A DNA stretch of 64,000 bases from Candidatus Saccharimonadales bacterium. GTDB taxonomy: Bacteria; Chloroflexota; Dormibacteria; Aeolococcales; Aeolococcaceae. Positions 8,693 to 16,855 of this stretch are shown in pieces. Under the pieces are notes generated by a model. That model had not been told where the DNA came from. It searched no databases and saw only the letters and a list, made by a program, of their open reading frames with translations. A program made the translations under genes and the position numbers. The DNA lies in assembly GCA_035534875.1 (NCBI GenBank), contig DATLRB010000012.1:936-64935 (forward strand), given 5' to 3'. Each line of letters begins with the position of its first letter. The stretch's first letter is position 1.

Positions 8693-9940
8693 ATGTGTGA
8701 TCGCGACGGCGCAATGGAGGGCGAAGAGGACGCGATCGACCGCCTTGCCCGTGCCACCGACTGTGTCCGGCACCGCTCAAGGATCACCACCCCGGTGGCG
8801 TTGCGAGACGACCTGATCCGCCTGCGCAGAATCATCGATCGGATCGAGTTGGAGTTCTCCACGGTGGCAGGAGCGTTCGCCGCGACGGAAGAGGAGGAGT
8901 GGCAGGGATGCTTGAGCCCACCCCACTGGATCCGCCTCGAGTGTGGGATGACCGCTGCTGCGGCGACCAGCGCAATCGCTGTGGGCTCGCAGGCGTGCGG
9001 CCTGGCGACGAGCATTGCGGCCGTCGAGGAGGGCCGGCTCGGTTTTGCTCACCTCGCGCTCATGGCCGGAACGGCGCGCGCGTTTCAGGATTCTCCGACC
9101 GCAACTCCGTTCGTGGAACAGCCACTCCTTGAGCAGGCCATGAGCCATACCCTGAGCCGCTTCAGGGTCGATTGCGCGCATGCTCGCCACGCACACGACG
9201 CGCAGGCCTTCCAGGCCGAGCAATTGAAGGACGTCGAATATCGCACGCTCGACCTGCGCACGGGCGAAGGAGGCGCCGTCTTCATCAAGGGCTTCCTTGA
9301 TCCTGTCGGCGGGGCAGCTCTGTGCACCGCGCTCGATCCACTTGCCCGCCGCGCTGGAACCGATGACGATCGATCACGGTCGCGGCGCTACGCGGACGCA
9401 CTCATCGAGCTTGCCGGGCACGGACTCGACACGTCGCTCCTACCTCGGGTCGGTGGCCAGCGGCCCCACCTTCAGGTCACGACGAGCCTCGACACGCTGG
9501 TCGGAGCGGCCGGTGCCCCGGCCGGGATGCTCGAGCGGGCTGGGCCGATCAGCACGCCCACTGTGCAGCGCCTTGCGTGCGACGCGAGCGTGACCCGGGT
9601 CCTGCTGGGGCCGGACGCGGCGGTCGTGGACGTTGGACGCGCCCGCAGGCTGCCGTCTGCGCCCACGCGACGTGCGCTCGACGCTCGGCATGGGGGATGC
9701 GAGTGGCCAGGGTGCGACCGTCCCACGTCGTGGACCGCGGCGCATCACATCAAGCACTGGGCGAGCGGCGGAGCGACTGATCTCGACAATCTTGTGCTCG
9801 TCTGTCATCGCCACCACTGGCTGGTTCATGAGGGCGGATGGAAGCTTGTCCGTGGTGTCGATGGGCTGTTGATGTCGGTGGCACCCTTGCCCGTCGTCAA
9901 GTGGCAGGCGCGCCCGCCCGATCCGACGGTTACCGAGTGA
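8693..9940 (+). CDS. DUF222 + HNH endonuclease protein (actinobacterial 13E12-type)
   Basis: C-terminal HGGCEWPGCDRPTSWTAAHHIKHWASGGATDLDNLVLVCHRHHWLVHEGGW is an HNH motif. The N-terminal helical region is DUF222-like. ATG 8693 lies 6 nt after TATACT (8681-8686), so the mRNA may be leaderless. The ORF track starts at GTG 8678. Confidence 0.8.
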   Translation: MCDRDGAMEGEEDAIDRLARATDCVRHRSRITTPVALRDDLIRLRRIIDRIELEFSTVAGAFAATEEEEWQGCLSPPHWIRLECGMTAAAATSAIAVGSQACGLATSIAAVEEGRLGFAHLALMAGTARAFQDSPTATPFVEQPLLEQAMSHTLSRFRVDCAHARHAHDAQAFQAEQLKDVEYRTLDLRTGEGGAVFIKGFLDPVGGAALCTALDPLARRAGTDDDRSRSRRYADALIELAGHGLDTSLLPRVGGQRPHLQVTTSLDTLVGAAGAPAGMLERAGPISTPTVQRLACDASVTRVLLGPDAAVVDVGRARRLPSAPTRRALDARHGGCEWPGCDRPTSWTAAHHIKHWASGGATDLDNLVLVCHRHHWLVHEGGWKLVRGVDGLLMSVAPLPVVKWQARPPDPTVTE

Positions 9941-10072
9941 AGCGCGTCATTCATACGACGTCGTCGTCAGACGTGACGTCGGAGCGCGCCGAGGATTCGC
10001 GAGCGCCCCCGATGTGCCGTGTTGCCGGTCGTTCTGCCCGTTGCCGGTGCGTGAATCGACGCCGGGCGCTGT

Positions 10073-11278
10073 CTACGCTTGAGCTGCGGCGTCGACACTT
10101 CGCATCGGCGGCGCGGTGTCTGACGGTGTGGTTGCGTCCAACGCCGCGTCTCGAAGCGGGAGGTCGAACCAGACGGTAACCGCGTCGGCCGTACTGTCCG
10201 CACCGACGTTGCCGCCATGAGCTTCGATCAACTCCTTGACGATTGCGAGACCGATGCCGGCTCCCCCGCTTCCGCGCGTGCGGCTGGGATCGGCCCGGAA
10301 GAATCGTTCGAAGATGTGCGGGAGCGAATGGTTGTCGATCGTCTCTCCGATGTCGTGGATCGCGACACGCGCGAAGGCGCCTCGCTTCGCGATGCCCGCG
10401 GTGATCACACTGCCGGGCCGCGCACAACGAATCGCATTATCGATGAGGTTGCCAATAACCTGACCGAGGCGGCCAGCGTCGCCGTCGACGATAAGATCGC
10501 TCTCCGGCGGATGGATCTCGCACCTGAGGTCGCGATGCTCAAATCGTGCATTGAACGATAGGACGGCTTCGCGGACTACTGCCTCGAGATGCAACGGCTC
10601 GAGCACCATCCGGTCCCGGGCCAGTTGAGCATCAGCCAACCCCCGCAAGTCCTCGACCAACGCGATAAGTCGTCCCAGTTCGTTGTGCGCCTGCTGCAGC
10701 CGTGCGGGCGTCGGCGGGATAACCCCATCACGCATACCCTCGATGAGTCCGAGGAGATTGTGCAGTGGTGTTCGCAGCTCGTGCGCCGCATCGTTGGTCA
10801 CCTGACGGCGCAGGTCTTCGAGGCGCCGCAATGACTCCGCCAGTTCATTGACCGAGTCTGCGACGTCGCCGATTTCATCGCGGCGGTCTGTCCGGATGAG
10901 GGCTGGCGCGTCTCCACGCGCCATGCGTCTTGTCGCGTCGCGAACTGCGGTCAGCGGTCTCAGCGCGAGTGTGACGGTTGCGAAGCTGAGCCCGACCGCG
11001 ACGATGGCCGCGACGGCGATCGTCGGATAGATCTGTGCTTCGACCGCGGCATCATAGGCGCGTTGCCCCGCAGAGGGATCGATTGGTTGGCCTGCTGCGT
11101 GCATGATGACCATGAATTGCTGCTGTGCGATGTTGTGCATCAGCACGATGATGAGCGCCACGGTGAACACGACGACGATGATGTTGAGCGCCACGAGTTG
11201 CCAGCGAAGCCCCAGCGCGTTCCATCGACGGTGGAGGACAGCGCCCGCATTACGGGGAGTGGTGCCCACTGCGCTCAT
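10073..11278 (-). CDS. Sensor histidine kinase (2 TM, HAMP, HisKA, HATPase)
   Basis: H-box AAHELRTPLHNLLG, N/G boxes (IGNLIDNAIRCA, GGAGIGLAIVKELIEAHGG) and a HAMP-like RRMARGDAP...EIGDVADSVNELA. The ATG overlaps the response-regulator stop (ATGA). Confidence 0.9.
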   Translation of the reverse strand: MSAVGTTPRNAGAVLHRRWNALGLRWQLVALNIIVVVFTVALIIVLMHNIAQQQFMVIMHAAGQPIDPSAGQRAYDAAVEAQIYPTIAVAAIVAVGLSFATVTLALRPLTAVRDATRRMARGDAPALIRTDRRDEIGDVADSVNELAESLRRLEDLRRQVTNDAAHELRTPLHNLLGLIEGMRDGVIPPTPARLQQAHNELGRLIALVEDLRGLADAQLARDRMVLEPLHLEAVVREAVLSFNARFEHRDLRCEIHPPESDLIVDGDAGRLGQVIGNLIDNAIRCARPGSVITAGIAKRGAFARVAIHDIGETIDNHSLPHIFERFFRADPSRTRGSGGAGIGLAIVKELIEAHGGNVGADSTADAVTVWFDLPLRDAALDATTPSDTAPPMRSVDAAAQA

Positions 11279-12051
11279 GAGCCCCTCGCGATGATCTTGT
11301 ATCCGAGCCCGCGGATCGTGACGATAGCGACGCTTGCGTGTGCTGCGTGCAGCTTTTCGCGCAAACGAAACACGTGGACGTCGACAGTCCGATCCAACGC
11401 TGGGAGACGATCATCCGTGTACAGCCGGTCGATGAGTTGGCCGCGACTCAGTACCCATCCGGGCTGCTCCAACATCGCAGCAAGCAACCGGAACTCGACG
11501 TGCGTGAGCGCCATACACCTCCCGTCGACAGTGACGTCGTGTCGAGTCGGTGATAACTCGATGTTACCCAGTTGGACCACGACGGGTGGGCGTGGGCCGA
11601 TCTCTGCACGGCGCAGGAGCGCATCGACGCGAGCCAAGAGCTCGCGCGGGCTGAACGGTTTCACAAGGTAGTCGTCGGCGCCGGCGCGGAGCCCGCCGAC
11701 TCGGTCGGGCTCGTCGGCGCGCGCGCTCAGGAGCAGGATTGGCACAATCGATCCGCTGGCTCGAATTTCTTGACAGATCTTAAAGCCGTCCTTCCCGGGC
11801 AGCATGACGTCGAGGATCAAGCAGCGAGGCTCGGTCTGCCGAACGACGTCAAGGGCTTCGGTGCCGGAACGACAGATGAGCACGCGATACCCTGCACTAT
11901 CGAGATATGCGCGGATGACGTCGCACGTGGTCTCGTCGTCGTCGACAACCAGGATCGGATGGCCGAGCGACGCTGTTCCCGGCCTGCTCACGGCTCCGGC
12001 TTCGTCGTTGATGGTCGATGTGGCGTTCGACGCCGGCGTCTGGATGGTCAC
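11275..12051 (-). CDS. OmpR-family response regulator
   Basis: Receiver domain ILVVDDDETTCDVI...LILDVMLPGKDG...LLSAR...DDYLVKPF. Winged-helix output LTHVEFRLLAAM...VDVHVFRLREKL...IVTIRGLGYKI. Start set at GTG 12049-12051; the longest ORF (to 12450) overlaps the upstream gene and is Arg-rich nonsense. Confidence 0.85.
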   Translation of the reverse strand: MTIQTPASNATSTINDEAGAVSRPGTASLGHPILVVDDDETTCDVIRAYLDSAGYRVLICRSGTEALDVVRQTEPRCLILDVMLPGKDGFKICQEIRASGSIVPILLLSARADEPDRVGGLRAGADDYLVKPFSPRELLARVDALLRRAEIGPRPPVVVQLGNIELSPTRHDVTVDGRCMALTHVEFRLLAAMLEQPGWVLSRGQLIDRLYTDDRLPALDRTVDVHVFRLREKLHAAHASVAIVTIRGLGYKIIARGS

Positions 12052-12143
12052 TCTGCACCATTCTCCGAAAGTTGCCGAGGGAGCCGGGCGGCGAATGGCC
12101 CGGCGGCGCCCCAGTGCATGGGGCGCCGCCCCCGAATCGCGAT

Positions 12144-13289
12144 CTACGCGGAGGCGCTGACCAGGGCGAGGCCCGAGGCTGCCGCGGGAAGGCCACTGGC
12201 CGCGGCCTCGTCGACAGCACCGAGATCGCCTGACGCGGTGACCGGTGCCGATGCAACCGCGGTCGACGTCAGGACGAAGAACCAGCCGCCGCCGAGAATC
12301 TCGTCGATCGGGTGAGCGCCCACGGTGGCCGCGACCGCCGATCGCAGAGTGAGCCGGCCGCTCTCGGCGATATCGTACGAGGAGACCGTACCAGAGGCGG
12401 CGTTCGCCACATATGCGCGGTTGCCTGCGCCGTTGATCACCAGCCAGCACGCTGCTGCCTGTGACTCACCGACCTCGCTGATGGGATGCAGAGCTCCGGT
12501 CGAACCAACGCGGTAGGAGGTGGCTGCACTGACGCCACCCGCTCCGCCACCGGCGTCAGAGACGATTGCATCGCCACCTTCGCTGAATCCAAAACCGTAA
12601 GGTGCGGTCCCGGTCGAGATTGTGTGACGCCGCCCGCTTAGTCGCCCATCCGAGGTCACTTTGAACGTGTCGATACTGCTGCTCACCTTCTCGGTGACAA
12701 TGACCTGAGAACCGGATGGGGTGAACCCGATCTGCACTGGCGTCGCCGCCTCGGACGCGAGCGAGACAGCAGGGTTGGGGGACGGCACAAGGGCATCCCC
12801 CGTCAGGATAAGACCGCCCACGGAGCTGCTGCCCTGGTTGAGCACCTCAACCCGGCGATGATCGGCGGTCACGCTCACGGGATCGGCGCCGCTCGATGGT
12901 GCTGCATCGACCAGCCGAAGACTCCCATCGGAGAGGACCCGGAAGTACGAGACTGTGTTCGAGCCCGCGTTCACGACCAGGAGGGCGTGCCCGCCGCTCG
13001 CAAGCGCGACTGCTCCCTGCGACCCGAGGCCGACTCCGGTACCGTCGCCGCCGGTGGCGAAGCTGCCAATCGAGGTGAGGGCTCCGCCGGCGGATGCTCG
13101 GAACGCGAGGACGGCGTTGCCGCCGTCCGCCGAAGTCTGGTTGCTCTCCGTGTAGACGTACCAAGCCGCGGAGTTGCCCCGCCGAGCCGCGGCTTCGCCG
13201 ACCCCTGTCGCCGCCGCCAGCGACACTGCTCCGGCCAGCAACCAGCTTGCCAGCCCGATGCCGATCTTCCTGGTGGAAAGGTCTGCCAT
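12144..13289 (-). CDS. Secreted beta-propeller protein (lactonase-like 7-bladed type)
   Basis: ATG 13287-13289 is preceded by AGGAGG. Signal-like MADLSTRKIGIGLASWLLAGAVSLAAA is followed by repeated Gly/Ser/Val-rich blade-like segments (LLVVNAGSNTVSYFRV, VIVTEKVSSSIDTFKV, AYVANAASGTVSSYDI). Confidence 0.6.
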   Translation of the reverse strand: MADLSTRKIGIGLASWLLAGAVSLAAATGVGEAAARRGNSAAWYVYTESNQTSADGGNAVLAFRASAGGALTSIGSFATGGDGTGVGLGSQGAVALASGGHALLVVNAGSNTVSYFRVLSDGSLRLVDAAPSSGADPVSVTADHRRVEVLNQGSSSVGGLILTGDALVPSPNPAVSLASEAATPVQIGFTPSGSQVIVTEKVSSSIDTFKVTSDGRLSGRRHTISTGTAPYGFGFSEGGDAIVSDAGGGAGGVSAATSYRVGSTGALHPISEVGESQAAACWLVINGAGNRAYVANAASGTVSSYDIAESGRLTLRSAVAATVGAHPIDEILGGGWFFVLTSTAVASAPVTASGDLGAVDEAAASGLPAAASGLALVSASA

Positions 13290-13415
13290 GGATCCGCGCC
13301 TCCTGGTGAGTGGCTCGGAGGAGCCGGCGGTGGACACTTGGCACCAGGGTTAGGCACGAACATTTCGGTGGCGTTTCGGCCTCCGAGCTTCGGTCGACGG
13401 ACCGATGAGGCCCGA

Positions 13416-13880
13416 CTACGCGGTCCGGGCTGCTGCCTCTACTGAGGGCACATGCACGATCAGCACCGGCACGCGGCTGTGGTGCAGCACTGCGTGACTG
13501 ACACTGCCGAGGAGAAATGATCCGGCGTCGCCTCGCCCTCGCGAGCCGACCACGATCAGGTCGTGGTTTCCGGCTCGCGCCCGTTCAAGGATCGCCTCGG
13601 CGGGCGAGGCGTCGATAACCAGCACCTCGGCGTTGAGTTCAGCTGGGATCGCGCCTTTCGCGCCATCCGCGATCTCCTGTGCGTCACGTCGTACGCCGGC
13701 GACGAATTCGTCGACCGCGCTTTGGGGCAGTGGCGCGACCGGACCCCAGGGCATCAGCGTGCTGTAGGCGACGAGCACGGTCAATGACGCGTTCTGTGTG
13801 CGCGCAATATCGATCGCCTGAGTGAGCGCGACCTGCGCGTGCTGCGAGCGATCGACTCCGACGAGAATGCTTGTGAACAT
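13416..13880 (-). CDS. Universal stress protein (UspA family)
   Basis: MFTSILVGVDRSQHAQVAL ... HDLIVVGSRGRGDAGSFLLGSVSHAVLHHSRVPVLIV carries the G-2x-G-9x-G(S/T) ATP-binding motif. Confidence 0.85.
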   Translation of the reverse strand: MFTSILVGVDRSQHAQVALTQAIDIARTQNASLTVLVAYSTLMPWGPVAPLPQSAVDEFVAGVRRDAQEIADGAKGAIPAELNAEVLVIDASPAEAILERARAGNHDLIVVGSRGRGDAGSFLLGSVSHAVLHHSRVPVLIVHVPSVEAAARTA

Positions 13881-14008
13881 GGTCCGTCTCCGTGTGGATT
13901 GCGGTTCGTGGTCAATGCTTTCGATTCTGGAGCATTGGGCGGTCTTGCCGATCAAGGCCAGTTGATCCTCTACGCGGCGATTGGCCCAATCTCAAGCCGC
14001 CGTCGTGA

Positions 14009-16150
14009 TTACGCGACTCTTCCCAGATCGTGTGCGGGGCCGGGGTTCAGGCGCAGGACCAGGTCGTCGATCGGCATGGGTCGCGCGAAGAGGTAACCCT
14101 GTCCCGTCGTGTACCCGATGTCGACCAGTGCGGCGGACTCAGCTTCGGTCTCGATGCCTTCGGCGATTATGCTCGCCCCGATCGCCGTACTCAGTTGAAG
14201 GATGGCGGCCGCCATGGCGCGACCTTCAGCTCGCTTGTCGACGTCGATAACGAACGCCCGGTCGAGCTTGATCACGTCGATGGGAAGGTCATGGAGCCGC
14301 GACAGGGACGAGTAGCCGGTTCCGAAATCGTCGATGGAGACCCTGACGCCGCTTGCTCTAAGCCGATTGAACGCAACCCGAATCGCGCTGATGTCATCAA
14401 CAAGGGCGCCTTCGGTCACCTCGACGGTGAGCGCGCTGGCGGGCATGCCGCTTCGAGCGAGGACCTCCTCGACCCACTCGGCGAACCCTCCGGTGACAAG
14501 CTGGCGCACTGAGACATTGACCGCAACGTACATCCCGTGGTCACGTCGCAGCGGCCGCATATCTCTGCACGCGGTGTCCATGACCCATCGACCAATTGGC
14601 ACGATCAGACCGCTCCGCTCGGCGACGGGTATGAATTCCGCCGGGGCAATCGCGCCGTGCTCGGGATGTATCCAGCGCAACAGCGCCTCGGCTCCGACAA
14701 CGTCGCGATCCGAGAGGCTGACGATCGGCTGATAAGCCACGTGCAACTGTCGGGTGCTCAGCGCCACCCGCAGTCCATCCTGAATCGCGAGGCGCTTGCT
14801 GACCTCGCGGCGCATTGCCGCGTCGTAGAGGCGGTACTGTCCCGTGCCCGCGTGTTTGGCATTGGAAAGTGCCGAATCTGCGTTGCGGACTAGCGTCGAT
14901 GGCGATGAGCCTCGCACGAAGCTTTCCTCGAGTGCGACACCGAGGCTGCCCGTCACCCTCAGGAGACGTCCGTCGACGTTGACGTCCGCTTCAAGAACAG
15001 CGCGAATCCGCTGTGCCGCCAGCGACGCCGACTCGCGGTCGACCACGAACGGCGCCACGACGGCGAACTCATCGGCGCCGTATTTTGCGATCACCGACCC
15101 GCGGAACGCGCTGGATACTCGGCGGGCGACCTCGAGAAGCACGGCATCTCCGACATCGTGGCCAAGGCTGTCATTGATCACATTGAAGTCGTCCAGGTCG
15201 AGGAGCAGAAGCCCGCCGGCGTTGTGTCCCGCGATCGCCAGATCGTTCAGGTGTTCGACGAGCGCAGCGCGGTGGAGCAGACCGGTGAGTGGGTCGTGGC
15301 GGGCCGCAAACAGGCGCGCTTCGTCCGCTCGACGACGCCTTGCCTCCTCAGCAACCTCCGCCGAGATGTCGCTGGACACCGAGACCACGCCGATAATCGC
15401 TCCGGTGCCGTCTCGCATCGGTGCGTTCAACCCCAAGTACGTATTTCCACCGATGAGCGTCCGAGACGTGGTCTCGGATCCGCTGAGAGCTTGTTCAAGC
15501 GCCTTGATCGTGTCCGAGTTGTCGCTGAGTTCGGAGATGTGCCGCCCCAGGTATCCTTGGTCGACCCCTCCCGGCCGAGAGGCGCCGCTTGCCACGAAGG
15601 TCAGTCGTAGATTGCGATCGAACGTGGAGAACGCCACAGGTAGTGCCGCGACCGCGGCGTCGATGAGTGCCTCGCTGCGGCGCTGTGCTCCCTCAGCCGC
15701 CCGCTGAGTGGTCAGATCCCGGAACAGCACGAAGAGTGTGACGGGGACGCCGGCCTTATCGCGGACGGCCGACACGCTCGACATGACCGGAAAGGTCGAA
15801 CCGTCGCGACGCTGCAGGGTCCGCTCGACGAAGTATCCGTCCGTCGTACTTTCGGCAAGACGCGCAACGGTGTTCTCGCTAGGGTCCTGGCCGACGGGGA
15901 ATATCGCTCCGACGGCCCTCCCGACCAGCCCATCGGCGCTGAACCCGCTCATCGAGCAGAATGCGTCGTTGACAACGCTGACGCGCATGGACGCGTAGTC
16001 GACGATCAGCTGACCTAACGACCCTCGCTCGAACATGGTCTTGTAGAGCCGAAGGTTTCTCATGATGGCCGAATTGGAGTCAGCCGGGGTCGGGTCGGGT
16101 CCAGTCAGCGGACGCGCTGGCGCGCGAATACCCTGACGGCGGCGAGCCAT
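14009..16150 (-). CDS. PAS-PAS-GGDEF-EAL c-di-GMP turnover protein
   Basis: 713 aa with two PAS-like segments. GGDEF domain has the variant site KYGADEFAV. EAL domain has EALLRW, DDFGTGYSS and QGYLFARP. Confidence 0.85.
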   Translation of the reverse strand: MARRRQGIRAPARPLTGPDPTPADSNSAIMRNLRLYKTMFERGSLGQLIVDYASMRVSVVNDAFCSMSGFSADGLVGRAVGAIFPVGQDPSENTVARLAESTTDGYFVERTLQRRDGSTFPVMSSVSAVRDKAGVPVTLFVLFRDLTTQRAAEGAQRRSEALIDAAVAALPVAFSTFDRNLRLTFVASGASRPGGVDQGYLGRHISELSDNSDTIKALEQALSGSETTSRTLIGGNTYLGLNAPMRDGTGAIIGVVSVSSDISAEVAEEARRRRADEARLFAARHDPLTGLLHRAALVEHLNDLAIAGHNAGGLLLLDLDDFNVINDSLGHDVGDAVLLEVARRVSSAFRGSVIAKYGADEFAVVAPFVVDRESASLAAQRIRAVLEADVNVDGRLLRVTGSLGVALEESFVRGSSPSTLVRNADSALSNAKHAGTGQYRLYDAAMRREVSKRLAIQDGLRVALSTRQLHVAYQPIVSLSDRDVVGAEALLRWIHPEHGAIAPAEFIPVAERSGLIVPIGRWVMDTACRDMRPLRRDHGMYVAVNVSVRQLVTGGFAEWVEEVLARSGMPASALTVEVTEGALVDDISAIRVAFNRLRASGVRVSIDDFGTGYSSLSRLHDLPIDVIKLDRAFVIDVDKRAEGRAMAAAILQLSTAIGASIIAEGIETEAESAALVDIGYTTGQGYLFARPMPIDDLVLRLNPGPAHDLGRVA

Positions 16151-16365
16151 GAGATCAAGCTAGCACCACGATCGCGTGCTTCCGTGGTGCCCCGGTTACG
16201 GCGTTGCACGCAAGTTGCTCGCGCGTTCCAGATCCGCGGAGGCATACAACGCGTGGACGTGTCCCGCCGACGTCGAATTGTCCGGGTATCGTCCGGAACG
16301 CTGCCCCAGAGTCTGTCTTCCGGCCTCTAGGGCCAATCGACGCAGAGGGTTGAGGAGCATCCGCC

Positions 16366-16644
16366 ATGCTGGTACTTGCCGTCACCGCAACGATCCACTG
16401 GCTCAGCCTCCTGGGTCAAGTGTCAGCTAACGATCCTCTCTCGCAGCAGGTGCTCGCCCGAGTTGCGAATCCACTGTTGACATCGGCGCAGTTCTTGATT
16501 CCTGCGGCGGTGGCAATCTCAGGCATTCACAAGATGATGGAACACCGTGAAAGTGGGGGTTCTTTCATGGTCGACATGGTCACGAAAGGGGGCGGCGCGA
16601 TCCTTGTGCTGCAGCTTGTCAAGTCGATCTCGGGAGTCGGCTGA
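16366..16644 (+). CDS. Small secreted/membrane protein; candidate TrbC/VirB2-like pilin of the T4SS-type module
   Basis: GAGGAG lies 8 nt before the ATG. There is a signal-like N-terminus (MLVLAVTATIHWLSLLGQVSA) and two hydrophobic helices (AQFLIPAAVAISGI, GGGAILVLQLV). Size and topology resemble VirB2/TrbC. There is no Flp G/xxxxEY motif. The assignment rests on topology only. Confidence 0.45.
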   Translation: MLVLAVTATIHWLSLLGQVSANDPLSQQVLARVANPLLTSAQFLIPAAVAISGIHKMMEHRESGGSFMVDMVTKGGGAILVLQLVKSISGVG

Positions 16645-16855
16645 TGAGCATTGAGGTATATCTGCTTTCGATACCCTTCGCTCGGCACCGAAGCATCGTG
16701 CCGCGACATCGTCGTGGCGCCGTGCTCCCCCCGGGCCGCGAAGCGTGCCAGCCGCACCCGCGCCTGCGCGGCGTTGCTCAGACGATCGCCGAGTCAAGCC
16801 CGTATCGAGACACGCTACAGCGAACTGATCCCGGCTGACCCAGGCGGCGGTCGAA

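Noticed and set aside
11275-12450. 391-aa version of the response regulator with a 130-aa N-terminal extension
   Set aside because: The extension is Arg-rich nonsense and overlaps the 3' end of the beta-propeller gene. The in-frame GTG at 12051 gives a normal OmpR-type protein.
16644-16838. 64-codon ORF whose ATG overlaps the stop of the VirB2-like gene (TGATG)
   Set aside because: I do not call it a CDS. Its third-position G/C is mediocre, about 44 of 64 by hand count. After the first 15 residues the sequence is Arg/Pro-rich and not protein-like. It is kept only as an open question in the findings.
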